From: an uncultured Gemmatimonadota bacterium
GTDB lineage: Bacteria; SM23-81; DAOVCL01
DNA: 64,000 nucleotides
Direction of reading: 5' to 3'
Assembly: GCA_964626665.1 (NCBI GenBank)
Contig: CAZVGK010000001.1
Coordinates: forward strand, 156,708-220,707
The translations under genes were made by a program, and so were the position numbers. The notes below the pieces were generated by a model. It searched no databases. It saw nothing but the letters and a program-made list of their open reading frames with translations, and was not told the DNA's origin. Shown here piece after piece: positions 52,828 to 62,415 of the stretch. The number at the start of each line of letters is the position of its first letter. The stretch's first letter is position 1.

Positions 52828-54152
52828 TAAAGGACGGGGAGATCAACCTCAAGCTCATAGGGGGTAACCCTGCTGCGGTAATCTTCCCATATTGCCCACT
52901 TGTTCTTGAGGAACTTGTAAAAGAGATCCTCCCCCAAGGCCTCCTTTACCACTTGGCTTTCCTCCATCTCCCCTAAGGCTTCAGCTAAGCTGCCCGGGAG
53001 ATATTCGATCTCCTCCTGACGCTTCTCCTCCTCGCTCATATCGTAGATATCCCTCTCTATTGGCTCCGGAAGAGGATACCCCTTCTTTATCCCCTCTAAG
53101 CCCGCGCTGAGCATTACCGCAAGGGCCAGATAGGGATTGCAGGCCGGATCCGGGCTCCGGTATTCTATCCTGGTGGAAAGCTCCTTCCCGGGTTTATATT
53201 GGGGGACCCTCACTAAGGTTGATCTATTCCTCTGGGCCCAGGAGATGTAGACTGGGGCTTCATATCCGGGGACCAACCTCTTATAGGAGTTAACCCATTG
53301 GTTGGTGACTGCGGTGATCTCTCGGGCATGTTTTAAGAGGCCAGCGATAAACTCCTTCCCCACTTCAGAGAGGCTGTATCTATCCTCTTGGTCAAAGAAG
53401 GTGTTTCTGCCATCCTTAAAAAGGGATTGATGGGTGTGCATCCCGCTTCCATTTATCCCATAAATGGGCTTAGGCATAAAGGTGGCGTAGAGGCCGTTCT
53501 GTTGGGCTATCTCCTTAACGACCAATTTATAGGTCATTGTGTTATCGGCCATAGTCAAGGCATCTCTGTATTTTAAGTCTATCTCATGCTGGCTGGGGGA
53601 AACCTCATGATGGGCATACTCCACCTGGATTCCCATCTTCTCTAAGGCCAAGATGGACTTCCTCCTCAGTGCATCTCCTAAATCCGGAGGGGTAAGGTCA
53701 AAATATCCTCCCTTGTCCAAGGGGACCGGTTTAGCGGGTCCCTGAAAATAGAAATATTCCATCTCTGGGCCGACGAGGTAGGAATAACCTAGCTCCTCTG
53801 CCTTTTTTAGGGCCTTTTTCAGGACATACCGGGGGTCTCCCTCATAGGGGGTGCCATCTGGATTCATTATATCACAGAACATCCGGGCCTCCCCTTCCTC
53901 CTGGGGGCTCCAGGGCAAGATCTGAAATGTGGCCGGATCAGGAAGGGCGATCATATCGCTTTCGTGGATGCGGGTAAATCCCTCAATTGAGGAGCCATCA
54001 AAACCCTTTCCTGTCTCCAAAGCATCCCGCAGCTCCTCCTTGGTTATGGTAAAGCTCTTGGGGAAGCCCACAATGTCCGTAAACCAGAGTCTGATGAACC
54101 TTATCCCCATCTCCTCTACCTTTTTGTAAATCTTTTCCTTATGGTCCTCCAT
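52827..54152 (-). CDS. glnA: Glutamine synthetase type I
   Basis: FDGSSIEGF, ATFMPKP, NGSGMH, NSYKRLVPGYEAP, RSPDPACNPY. Confidence 0.97.
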   Translation of the reverse strand: MEDHKEKIYKKVEEMGIRFIRLWFTDIVGFPKSFTITKEELRDALETGKGFDGSSIEGFTRIHESDMIALPDPATFQILPWSPQEEGEARMFCDIMNPDGTPYEGDPRYVLKKALKKAEELGYSYLVGPEMEYFYFQGPAKPVPLDKGGYFDLTPPDLGDALRRKSILALEKMGIQVEYAHHEVSPSQHEIDLKYRDALTMADNTMTYKLVVKEIAQQNGLYATFMPKPIYGINGSGMHTHQSLFKDGRNTFFDQEDRYSLSEVGKEFIAGLLKHAREITAVTNQWVNSYKRLVPGYEAPVYISWAQRNRSTLVRVPQYKPGKELSTRIEYRSPDPACNPYLALAVMLSAGLEGIKKGYPLPEPIERDIYDMSEEEKRQEEIEYLPGSLAEALGEMEESQVVKEALGEDLFYKFLKNKWAIWEDYRSRVTPYELEVDLPVL

Positions 54153-54182
54153 CTTAGCCTCCCTTTTCAGAAGATTGCCGAT

Positions 54183-54211
54183 AATTTAATTCTCAAGCCT
54201 GAGAGTGTCAA
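54183..54211 (-). promoter_or_regulatory. Sigma70-type promoter for glnA-cysS
   Basis: TTGACA-17-TAAATT on minus strand. Confidence 0.6.
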
Positions 54212-54317
54212 GGTTTTTTCCTGGGCAAGCATTTTGCGATGTGGACTTAAGGGGGAGAGATTTTTAATCTGGACAATTCATTATTCATAAAATGAGTGCC
54301 AATTGGCATAACCTTTT

Positions 54318-54343
54318 GTAGGGACAGACCTTCAGGTCTGTCC
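54318..54343 (+). repeat. GTAG-type REP hairpin
   Basis: gtag ggacagacct tc aggtctgtcc. Confidence 0.65.
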
Positions 54344-54350
54344 GCCATCT

Positions 54351-54390
54351 TCTGGTGATAATCTCGTGCTTTCCTAACGCATAATCTGGG
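54351..54390. repeat. Dispersed repeat copy B containing dif-like CGCATAA
   Basis: Matches 7605-7654. Confidence 0.7.
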
Positions 54391-54467
54391 ATAATTTTAT
54401 GGGCGTCTCTCCCTACCCCTTCAGTTTAAGGTCAGGCCCTCCCTCCAGACCCCTCCGTAGAAAACGC

Positions 54468-54520
54468 TTGACGAGAGGGTATGGATTTTCTATAATACAG
54501 TTGGTTTAATACAGTTGGTT
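54468..54520 (+). promoter_or_regulatory. Sigma70 promoter overlapping a 14-bp tandem duplication
   Basis: TTGACG-17-TATAAT (54468-54496); taatacagttggtt twice (54493-54520). Confidence 0.6.
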
Positions 54521-54737
54521 TCTTGGCCACGAAACGAATTACTTTAGAATCCTCAAGGCTCACTCTGTTTTGGTTTTCCGATGGGAGTGGGGCATCTTTG
54601 GAGGATCCTCAAACCATCTTGAGAGAGACTTGGACAAAAGCAGCTAAGGACGACAAAAAACTTTACAACATTTTGGCATAACAACAGTTAGATTTAGAAA
54701 AATTTAAACCCTGAAGGGCAGAACGAGAGGAGTTAAA

Positions 54738-54935
54738 ATGAAAGAATTTCTTCTCCATTTTGTGATTATTTTTGTTCTAACTCTGGTAGTTGGTTCGATT
54801 GTGAACTTTCTCTGGAACCTTATCTTTCATGGAGTACAGATGATAGATTGGGAAATACCATTCCGTTTTGCGATTATTTTTGGAATAGTTTTCTCATGGA
54901 TGGAAGCACGGGAAAGGAAGGGAAAAGAGAAATAG
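54738..54935 (+). CDS. Small two-TM membrane protein
   Basis: GAGGAG ribosome-binding site; two hydrophobic helices. Confidence 0.75.
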   Translation: MKEFLLHFVIIFVLTLVVGSIVNFLWNLIFHGVQMIDWEIPFRFAIIFGIVFSWMEARERKGKEK

Positions 54936-55270
54936 CCTGGGGAGGTAGTAACTTCATAGCATTTTGGAATAACAGAGAGGTGTGCTATAATGACTAACCG
55001 AACCCAAAGTGATCCTTTCTTCCGGCTTGCACCCACAAGGTTAATGTCAGGGTAGGGTCTGACCTATGGCAGACCAATTTCTTAGTTTGAACCTGGTTAA
55101 GAGGTTGATTTGTTGGGAGGGATAAAGCTTTGGATTTAGGTTTGATTAAACCTTATATCTTGTAATATTATCACTTGATTTTTTGATCCCTTTTCATTAA
55201 ATTGCGAGTGTCACAAAGTACATTGTTTCAAAAAGATTAAAGAAAATTGAAAGATGAAAGGAGAGACAAG

Positions 55271-56306
55271 ATGAAGAAGTTAACTATTCTTGTTTTATTG
55301 TGGGCATTACTACCGTGTTGTGGGAAAACACAAGAACCTACCTATGAGGGTAAACCTCTATCTGCATGGGTTCAGGACTTAAGCGATGCATCAGCAGAGA
55401 CACAATCAAATGCACAAGAAGCACTAGTCGCTATCGGTAAGCCTGCTGTTTTGCCTATGGTTAAAATCTTAAAAAAGCAGAAAGATACCGCTGTTAAGGT
55501 TCGAGCAACATATGTCTTAGCCTATATAGGACAGGATGCAAAGGATGCCGCACCTACATTGAATCGAGGTTCTCAAAACTGAAAAAAACGAAAGCAAACT
55601 TTCATCCGCTTCTGCCCGTGCTCTTATTAGTATAAGACCAAATGCTCGAGTTGCAATTCCTGAGCTTGCGGATCTTCTGCGGCAGGGCACTCCATCACAA
55701 CGCATGGTAGCTACCAATTTATTAGGGCGAATGGGTTACGAGGGTAAGGAAGGGGTTGATTCGCTTATCTATGAAGTCAAGGATAAAGATGAGCAATTGG
55801 CTGAACAGCTAACCAGAGCAATCTATGCCTCTCTAATAGAGGATGTAGAAAATCTTTATGAACGTATGAACAATATTCAGGCCGATCTGGAGACTCTCTT
55901 GCAGCGACGCTGCGATCTAATTGCCGATTATGTGGAGATACTCAAACGCTATGTACCTCACCAAAGAGATGTACTCAATCAGATTACTAAAGCACAATCT
56001 AAGATAGTCGCCGCAAAGACCATATCAGAAAAAATAGAAGCTAATACCGATTCAGTGATCACCGAGGATAATCTCTGGGATGTGATTAAAAAATATCCAA
56101 AACTGAAGAACGACCCGGATCTCATGCGCATTTTCGATCACTTGGCCGGCATTCGTATCAGGATTCTTGTTGATGTTCAAGGGTATAATGATAGGGTGCC
56201 AGAATATAATAAAAAAATAGAAAAAATACCCCTTCCTGAAATATTTAATTTTAGACCTGCCGTGTTATTCAAAACGAAAGGGATTAAAGGTTTACGCTCA
56301 GAATAA
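55271..56306 (+). pseudogene. Lipoprotein HEAT-repeat and LemA-like fusion split by a +1 frameshift near 55562
   Basis: LPCCG lipobox-like motif, YEGKPLSAW and HEAT repeats; removing one base joins ...AAPTL|IEVLKTEK... to LemA-like LQRR.DLI, YPKLK, YNDRV.EYN. Confidence 0.7.
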
Positions 56307-56693
56307 CCCCGAAAGCGAGTTCGAAAATACGGTTCATCTCCATTTTAGTTGAAGCAGGTTCTCATAACCTTTGGAACAACTGGAGGTTAGATAGCAATCT
56401 ATCTCGGTTACAATACAGGAAATCGCAGAGCCTCCAAATTCCTAAGTCATTATCAATTAAACAGTTGGCATTTTGGTAGGTTTTACGAAATTCCTCGCTT
56501 TATGACTTTGAAAAACAGGGACTTAGTGAACTTCAAACCGCAAATATTGATGATCTGAGATTTCATATTTTGGATAACCATCTGCAAATTGGTGATTTAT
56601 ACCTTCAACTAAAATGGAGAAGAACCAAAATTCAAGGCAATTTGAACGGGAAGGATCCCGTTTTTTTGTTTCAGGCTAAAAAGCTAAAAAAAT

Positions 56694-57161
56694 ATGGAAG
56701 CTTTTATAATAATTATTACAGGGGTTCTTGTCTTTATTATTTCCCAATATATTCTAAGATTTGTATTAGAGCCAATACAAGAACTAAAAAAGACCATAAC
56801 ACAAGTCTCTTTTTCTTTGATCTTCTGGGCAAACATCTACCGTAACATAACTATTTATTATGATAAAGATGGAGTGTTAAAGGAACTTGGACAAGAAGCA
56901 AACGAACGGCTATCAAAAATGAGAGAAGACTTCAGAATATTGTCATGTAACCTACAAATCCAGGTCAATCTAATACCACATTATGAATATCTTAAAAATG
57001 TCTTTTCCTTGCCAGATAAACAAGATATAACTCAAGCTTCAGGGAGTTTAATGGGCTTAAGTCACGTTACATTTATCGATTCAAAAAAATATACTAACAA
57101 GTTTGTTGATGTCAGGGTTAATAATATTCAAAAATGTTTGAAATTTCATGTGGATGTCTAA
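56694..57161 (+). CDS. Hypothetical protein with N-terminal TM helix
   Basis: 155-aa ORF, AT-rich. Confidence 0.7.
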   Translation: MEAFIIIITGVLVFIISQYILRFVLEPIQELKKTITQVSFSLIFWANIYRNITIYYDKDGVLKELGQEANERLSKMREDFRILSCNLQIQVNLIPHYEYLKNVFSLPDKQDITQASGSLMGLSHVTFIDSKKYTNKFVDVRVNNIQKCLKFHVDV

Positions 57162-57269
57162 AAAATTGGAATAATTTTGATTCAAAAAATCTATTGCACA
57201 AAACACCCCAAATTTTTATTGTAATCTGTAATTAGTCCTAGGTTTTCCCCATCCGATCCTAAAAATCCC

Positions 57270-57298
57270 TTGACGGAAAGCGATTAAAGCTGTATACT
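57270..57298 (+). promoter_or_regulatory. Sigma70-type promoter
   Basis: TTGACG-17-TATACT. Confidence 0.55.
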
Positions 57299-57340
57299 CC
57301 AATTGCAGAAAAGAGGCTTTGCCGCAATTAACCAGCAAAG

Positions 57341-57392
57341 ATGTTAGAGCAAAAACCACCTCAATATTAAACAAAAGATCAGATCATAAAAT
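57341..57392 (+). pseudogene. Decayed copy of the integrase-like N-terminus found at 57818
   Basis: MLEQKPPQY*TKDQIIK versus MLQQKLPKYLTKDQVVK. Confidence 0.6.
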
Positions 57393-57397
57393 GGGTT

Positions 57398-57769
57398 TTG
57401 GAAGTTTATGGGCAGACTTCAATGTGGTTGAATGAAGATATTTTTATTCCTGGTCCAATTTCTTATATAATTTGGGTTTTAGGTTCAGGTTGTTTGTTTA
57501 CTTTAAATTTAATCTTGAGAAGATTGTTTAATCTTCCCAAGATAAAGGGCGAGCTTAAGGTCTCATTTGCATTTGCATGGATTGCATTTGCGATATGTGC
57601 AGTGGGATTGATTGTTTCCATCCCTTTAGCAATGTTTGTTTCAAATATTTTAAACTTGCAATTTATGCCGGTAATGTCTTTTTGTTTTTTCCTTCCTGGC
57701 TTTGGATTAATACTGTACGGGGCTATTCGGGAAAAACGAGGAAAGTTTGAAGAAAAGAATAAGTATTAG
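57398..57769 (+). CDS. Three-TM membrane protein
   Basis: Three hydrophobic segments; start uncertain. Confidence 0.65.
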   Translation: MEVYGQTSMWLNEDIFIPGPISYIIWVLGSGCLFTLNLILRRLFNLPKIKGELKVSFAFAWIAFAICAVGLIVSIPLAMFVSNILNLQFMPVMSFCFFLPGFGLILYGAIREKRGKFEEKNKY

Positions 57770-57817
57770 AAGAGTGTTACTGGATAGAAAGTTCAATCAG
57801 CATCAAGGGTAAGAAAA

Positions 57818-57920
57818 ATGTTACAGCAAAAACTGCCCAAATACCTCACCAAAGATCAGGTGGTTAAGTTTCTGCAGAAGGCCAAAAGAAGTAAAAGAGA
57901 CCTGGCCCTTTTTTACACAA
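57818..57920 (+). pseudogene. Tyrosine recombinase catalytic-domain start, truncated
   Basis: KLPKYLTKDQV..FL......RDLALF matches the XerC-like LP..L...E....RD.A pattern; similarity lost afterwards. Confidence 0.6.
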
Positions 57921-58085
57921 GTGTCTTTCAGCGATTTTCAGTGTTTAATGGACAATTTGGGTTGAACCTTCAAACCCTTTGGCTAAGATGTCAAAGGGTT
58001 TTCTACTATATGTGGAGATACTCCTTGTCAAAAGTGGAGATTCACCCTGTACTTGACATCTTATTAGATTTCTTCTCTGCCTACT

Positions 58086-58343
58086 TTAGGCAAGTCTCCT
58101 TGTCTGTAACATGCTAAAGATGTGTCCATCTCCAAACTCGTTCTCTTCAAAGAGTTCTGATTGAACAGAAATATCACCACTAGATTCTGCTTGACGCAGC
58201 AACCGAGCAAGTTTAGCAGGAGTCAGATTTCTACGATAGAAATTTGGATAGTCATCTCTATCTTGAGCGACTACCTTCATCAGAGGTCTGACTATGTGCT
58301 TCTTCACTGATTTATTTGACAAAATACGTTCTAGAATTTTCAT
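58086..58343 (-). pseudogene. Mu gp29-like (DUF935) portal protein N-terminal stump
   Basis: LTPAKLARLLRQAE.GD...QSELFEE....DGHIFS.LQTRRLA, then stop. Confidence 0.7.
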
Positions 58344-58427
58344 AAGTCTTTATTTGTTCATTGTCTGATGAGATTTTTCATTCATTTCTTCCTTGACATG
58401 GCGTAAGAGTTCAAGTAAATTGAATTT

Positions 58428-59627
58428 ATGGATTTAGTAACTATTACACTCACTCTCCTCCATTGGTTTTCTACGCTTTTCCGTAGACCATTTATCAAGC
58501 GGAAGATTCATAAAGGACGTCTTTTGATGTTCCACTTTAGAAATAGAACGTCTCCATTTGACGAGCTGAAAGCACGCAAGATTGCTTACTCAGTGCTCTC
58601 CGGTAGCATTATGCATGCAATACCATATCGAAACCTCAATTCTAAACACGTGTTTATTGCCGTGGCGCATCGCGACAGTAAAGATAGTCTTGATAAAAAA
58701 ATCTCCATACTTGAACAATTCGGGAAAGCATTTAGAACTATCTGGGAAAGTGAAGAACCACTACTACATATTTCACAATTTCAAGTTGCAGATATTGACG
58801 AAGATGGAACAAACGAAGTGGTTTTCACAACAGAGTATTATGGAACTGGTGCCTATTCAAAGCACATGTTTGTGTATTCTACTGCCAAGAAACAATTATT
58901 CGAACTTATTGAATCTTATGATACACAGGATCTTTCTGGTCCGGTTTCACCTCAGATAGACGTAAATCCAAAAACCGATGAGGACTTTATTGAAGCTATT
59001 GAGCATTATGCTGTTGAGCAAGGATTTCTTCAAACAACTCAGACCATCGATTTGGATAGCCCGGATTTTGCTGTGCAAAGGTGGTATATTTCGAATGGAG
59101 CAAAAATGAAGGGAGCCGTTAAACTGCACTTCTACAGTGATAGACCTCGCTACCCTACAAGTATTTCAGCAACTTTAGAAACAACTGATATTCTCTGGAT
59201 AGCACACTTCAAAGGGCCTTTATTTGGATATATCAAGTCCAAAAACCAACACTTTGTCGCATTCTCACCTTCGTGGAAATATAATTGGGTTACGTGCCTC
59301 ACTCATGATGGAGAAAATTTGTGGTTCGGGATTCATTCCGATTTTGGGATTCTGTCTTTTAAATTTGATCAAGTTAAGGGAGACTTGAATTATTATAACT
59401 GTTTTAAAGATAAATTGCTCCCCGAAGTAGAGAAGATTCAATATGATAGTGGGGTAATCACTGTAAACAACAAGATCAAGATTCCTGTAGATACTTTGCA
59501 GAAACTTGGAACGTATATAAAGATAAGTAAAGAACAAATGATAACCTTATTGAAGGTAAAAGGGGTCGCATCTTTAATCTTGATTTTTTGCAATGAAAGG
59601 CTCGTTGATACTTATATTATGGCTTAA
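58428..59627 (+). CDS. Hypothetical protein with FG-GAP-like Ca-binding motif
   Basis: ADIDEDGTNEVV; preceded by TTGACA-17-TAAATT. Confidence 0.7.
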   Translation: MDLVTITLTLLHWFSTLFRRPFIKRKIHKGRLLMFHFRNRTSPFDELKARKIAYSVLSGSIMHAIPYRNLNSKHVFIAVAHRDSKDSLDKKISILEQFGKAFRTIWESEEPLLHISQFQVADIDEDGTNEVVFTTEYYGTGAYSKHMFVYSTAKKQLFELIESYDTQDLSGPVSPQIDVNPKTDEDFIEAIEHYAVEQGFLQTTQTIDLDSPDFAVQRWYISNGAKMKGAVKLHFYSDRPRYPTSISATLETTDILWIAHFKGPLFGYIKSKNQHFVAFSPSWKYNWVTCLTHDGENLWFGIHSDFGILSFKFDQVKGDLNYYNCFKDKLLPEVEKIQYDSGVITVNNKIKIPVDTLQKLGTYIKISKEQMITLLKVKGVASLILIFCNERLVDTYIMA

Positions 59628-59801
59628 GATATCGAAAAGTCAAAAGTAAAGATGTGACCTCATTCCACGAATAAACTGAGGGTCTGGAGGATGTGCAGGA
59701 GAAATATGAGAAAATCGTCTCTGAGATGTATTGACCAAAACATTTTCTTTACATAAGGGATTCCCCCTTTTATAATTTAGATTAACAGGCAAAGTAAAAA
59801 A

Positions 59802-60980
59802 ATGACTAGTTATAACCCAGAATACAGCCAACCGACTTTTACTGATTTTCACTCAGTTAATTCCGAGACCTCTTTATTATCTCTGAATCTCAACTGGCGT
59901 GAAAAAGATTTACCCGAAAGAACAAGGACAAAACATGTCCATAGATTACATCCTTATTTAGGCAAGTTCATACCCCAATTGGTAGAGATATTCTTAAGAA
60001 AATACGAGCCTAAGGTAGTTTGTGATCCTTTCTGTGGATCCGGGACGACTCTAGTTGAAGCCAATGCTTTGGGGATAGACTCTATTGGTTATGATATATC
60101 AAGCTTTAATTGCTTATTATCAAAAGTCAAAGCTGACGAGTATGATATAGACAAACTGGAAAAGGAAATTAAGGATATCCTAAACAAACTTAATCATAGA
60201 TTAAAACCTTCTACGTTTTTTTACAATCCACCAAATGAAGATACAGATAATGAATATCTCAAAACATGGTATGCAGATAGAGCAAGGAAGGAGCTTTTAT
60301 ATTACCGTTCTCTGATCCCAAATTACGAATACCAGGATCTCTTAAAAATTATCCTATCCCGAGCAGCCCGTTCAGCAAGGTTGACAACTCATTATGACTT
60401 AGATTTTCCTAAAAAACCACAGACAGAGCCTTACTATTGCTATAAGCACGGTCGTATCTGTAAGCCAACTGATAATGCGCTTCAGTTTCTCAATCGCTAT
60501 AGCCTTGATACCTTAAAAAGAATTAAAGAGTTCGCCAAAATACGCACCAATGCCAAGGTGCAGGTCATTTGTGGAGACTCCAGAACTGCTAAGTTTCCAC
60601 CACATGACGCTGTTATCACTTCTCCTCCTTATGTAGGGTTGATAAATTATCATGAACAACATCGCTACGCATATGAATTGCTGGAGCTTGAGAATAACGA
60701 GGATTTAGAAATCGGAGCTGCTTCTAAAGGCAACTCCAAAGCAGCCCGGGAGGAATACATCAGTCAAATTGGTGTAGTTTTTGAGAATCTAAAGAAAAGT
60801 CTCAAAGACAATGGCGTCGTGGTTATTGTAATTCATGATAAAAATGATCTATATAAGAATCTTGCTCCAAGGGTTGGTTTCAAGTTGGAGGAAAAGTTAG
60901 ACCGCCATGTTAACCGCCGAACAGGCAGAAGATCAACCAATTTTTTTGAGGAAATTCTTATTTGGAGAAAAATAAAATGA
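59802..60980 (+). CDS. DNA methyltransferase, probably N4-cytosine (alpha arrangement)
   Basis: HPYLGKFIPQL, DPFCGSGTT (motif I) preceding TSPPY (motif IV). Confidence 0.9.
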   Translation: MTSYNPEYSQPTFTDFHSVNSETSLLSLNLNWREKDLPERTRTKHVHRLHPYLGKFIPQLVEIFLRKYEPKVVCDPFCGSGTTLVEANALGIDSIGYDISSFNCLLSKVKADEYDIDKLEKEIKDILNKLNHRLKPSTFFYNPPNEDTDNEYLKTWYADRARKELLYYRSLIPNYEYQDLLKIILSRAARSARLTTHYDLDFPKKPQTEPYYCYKHGRICKPTDNALQFLNRYSLDTLKRIKEFAKIRTNAKVQVICGDSRTAKFPPHDAVITSPPYVGLINYHEQHRYAYELLELENNEDLEIGAASKGNSKAAREEYISQIGVVFENLKKSLKDNGVVVIVIHDKNDLYKNLAPRVGFKLEEKLDRHVNRRTGRRSTNFFEEILIWRKIK

Positions 60981-61789
60981 TCACACCTCAGACCAGAACT
61001 CAAATTAAAGGTTATCTTGAGGGTTTTATTCAAGGAATGATTGATCAATACAGAGAATCCCCTTTGAAACCTAATGAACTAAGGCCTCTAAGAAAATATT
61101 CAAAAGAGGGAAACATTAGGCCATTTCACGAAGCTCTTTTACCTGAAGGAATTCTGAGAATAAACGAGTTCGAGCGTTCTCTTTCTACCAAATTAGGCGA
61201 CACCTTTGAAGAGTGTGCGAGATTACTTGGTAGAAATTATTTTGTAAGAGTTGAGAGAAATTACAAGGTGACTGGCGAAATTTCAAGAGCAGTTATTCGA
61301 AGTATAGAAAGATTCTGTAATGAGATTAACACAAGCGGATTAGGAAGAAGTTACTTAGATCTGATTCAAGAGGTAGTTTCCATTAACTCAGATGATTTGA
61401 TTAGTCGAACCCGTAGAGCCGACCTTTACTTAATGGATAAGGATGGCAACGAGACATATTTTGAGATTAAAAGTCCGAAGCCGAACAAAGGTCAATGTGT
61501 AGAGGTAGCTGATAGACTATTACACATCCATGCAATGAGAGAAGCAGGACCACCAAGGGTAAAAACCTATTACGCAATGGCTTATAATCCTTATGGTGTA
61601 GACAAAGAAGACTACAAGTATAGTTTTGCCCTTCGATATCTGGATATGACCAACCAAGTCCTTTTAGGTAAGGAGTTTTGGGATTTCATTGGTGGAACGG
61701 GCAGCTATGAGGAGATTCTCTCAATCTACCAAGAGGTAGGTCAAGAAAAGGGCTCGGATATGCTTGACCAACTTGCTTTGAATTATTAA
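60977..61789 (+). CDS. Type II restriction endonuclease, TdeIII/MjaII-like family
   Basis: FERSLSTKLG..FE, ADL...YFEIKSPKPN, AMAYNPYG, GKEFWDFIGG; coupled to MTase (ATGA). Confidence 0.82.
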   Translation: MITPQTRTQIKGYLEGFIQGMIDQYRESPLKPNELRPLRKYSKEGNIRPFHEALLPEGILRINEFERSLSTKLGDTFEECARLLGRNYFVRVERNYKVTGEISRAVIRSIERFCNEINTSGLGRSYLDLIQEVVSINSDDLISRTRRADLYLMDKDGNETYFEIKSPKPNKGQCVEVADRLLHIHAMREAGPPRVKTYYAMAYNPYGVDKEDYKYSFALRYLDMTNQVLLGKEFWDFIGGTGSYEEILSIYQEVGQEKGSDMLDQLALNY

Positions 61790-61807
61790 AACTACTGGCC
61801 CCTAAAA

Positions 61808-61842
61808 AACAAAAGGCAAGGAAAAACTCCTTGCCTTTTGTT
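61808..61842 (+). terminator. Intrinsic terminator after the restriction-modification operon
   Basis: aacaaaaggcaagga aaaac tccttgccttttgtt. Confidence 0.75.
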
Positions 61843-62197
61843 GTGGTTAGCAGTCAAGAGTTGGGGTCAACCCTCAGAAAATGGATTTCCCCCGTTTTCC
61901 CGGCCCTCTCACCCAACTCCCTGAACTGGCCATCCCGACTGAGACTCTCTTTTACTTTTTGCGCTACATAGCTCACATTTGTCCCTGCAATCCCCTCCCA
62001 ACTCCACGCCAATTGGTACATTGGTCCCCCCTCTACCTCTAAGCCAGATACACGAGCTTCGTTTCCATGACATCCGCAAGCTGCAGGGCCTCCTCAGATA
62101 CCCCAGCAGGCCGAATCCCTCTACATAAGTGAGGAATTTCCAGAGATAAGGAAGATCCCAATATCTATTTTCTAAGGGCTGATCCCAATTTATCTTC

Positions 62198-62277
62198 TGA
62201 GTAACTGCTTTTATCAGAGGTCTGACCAAGTGCTTCTTGACTGATTTGTTTGACAAAATCTTATCGATTATCTTCAT
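62198..62277 (-). pseudogene. Second stump of the portal-like gene N-terminus
   Basis: MKIIDKILSNKSVKKHLVRPLIKAVTQ versus MKILERILSNKSVKKHIVRPLMKVVAQ (20/27 identical). Confidence 0.7.
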
Positions 62278-62415
62278 AAGCTTTTACTCATTGTCTTCTT
62301 AGCTATCGAGAAAAGTTCTTGACACACTGAGAGATTTAGATAAATTGGATTGTAGAGCAGTAGAGTAAGGTTTGTTTTGATTCAACCCTTCCCTTAACCT
62401 CGAAAGGAGCGAAAG

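Noticed and set aside
57921-58117. Remainder of the 99-aa ORF as a real integrase
   Set aside because: Similarity ends after RDLALF; no catalytic R, HxxR or Y motifs.
61909-62197. Remainder of the 122-aa minus-strand ORF as a functional protein
   Set aside because: Similarity to the portal stump ends after about 27 aa; the rest looks like read-through of unrelated fragments.
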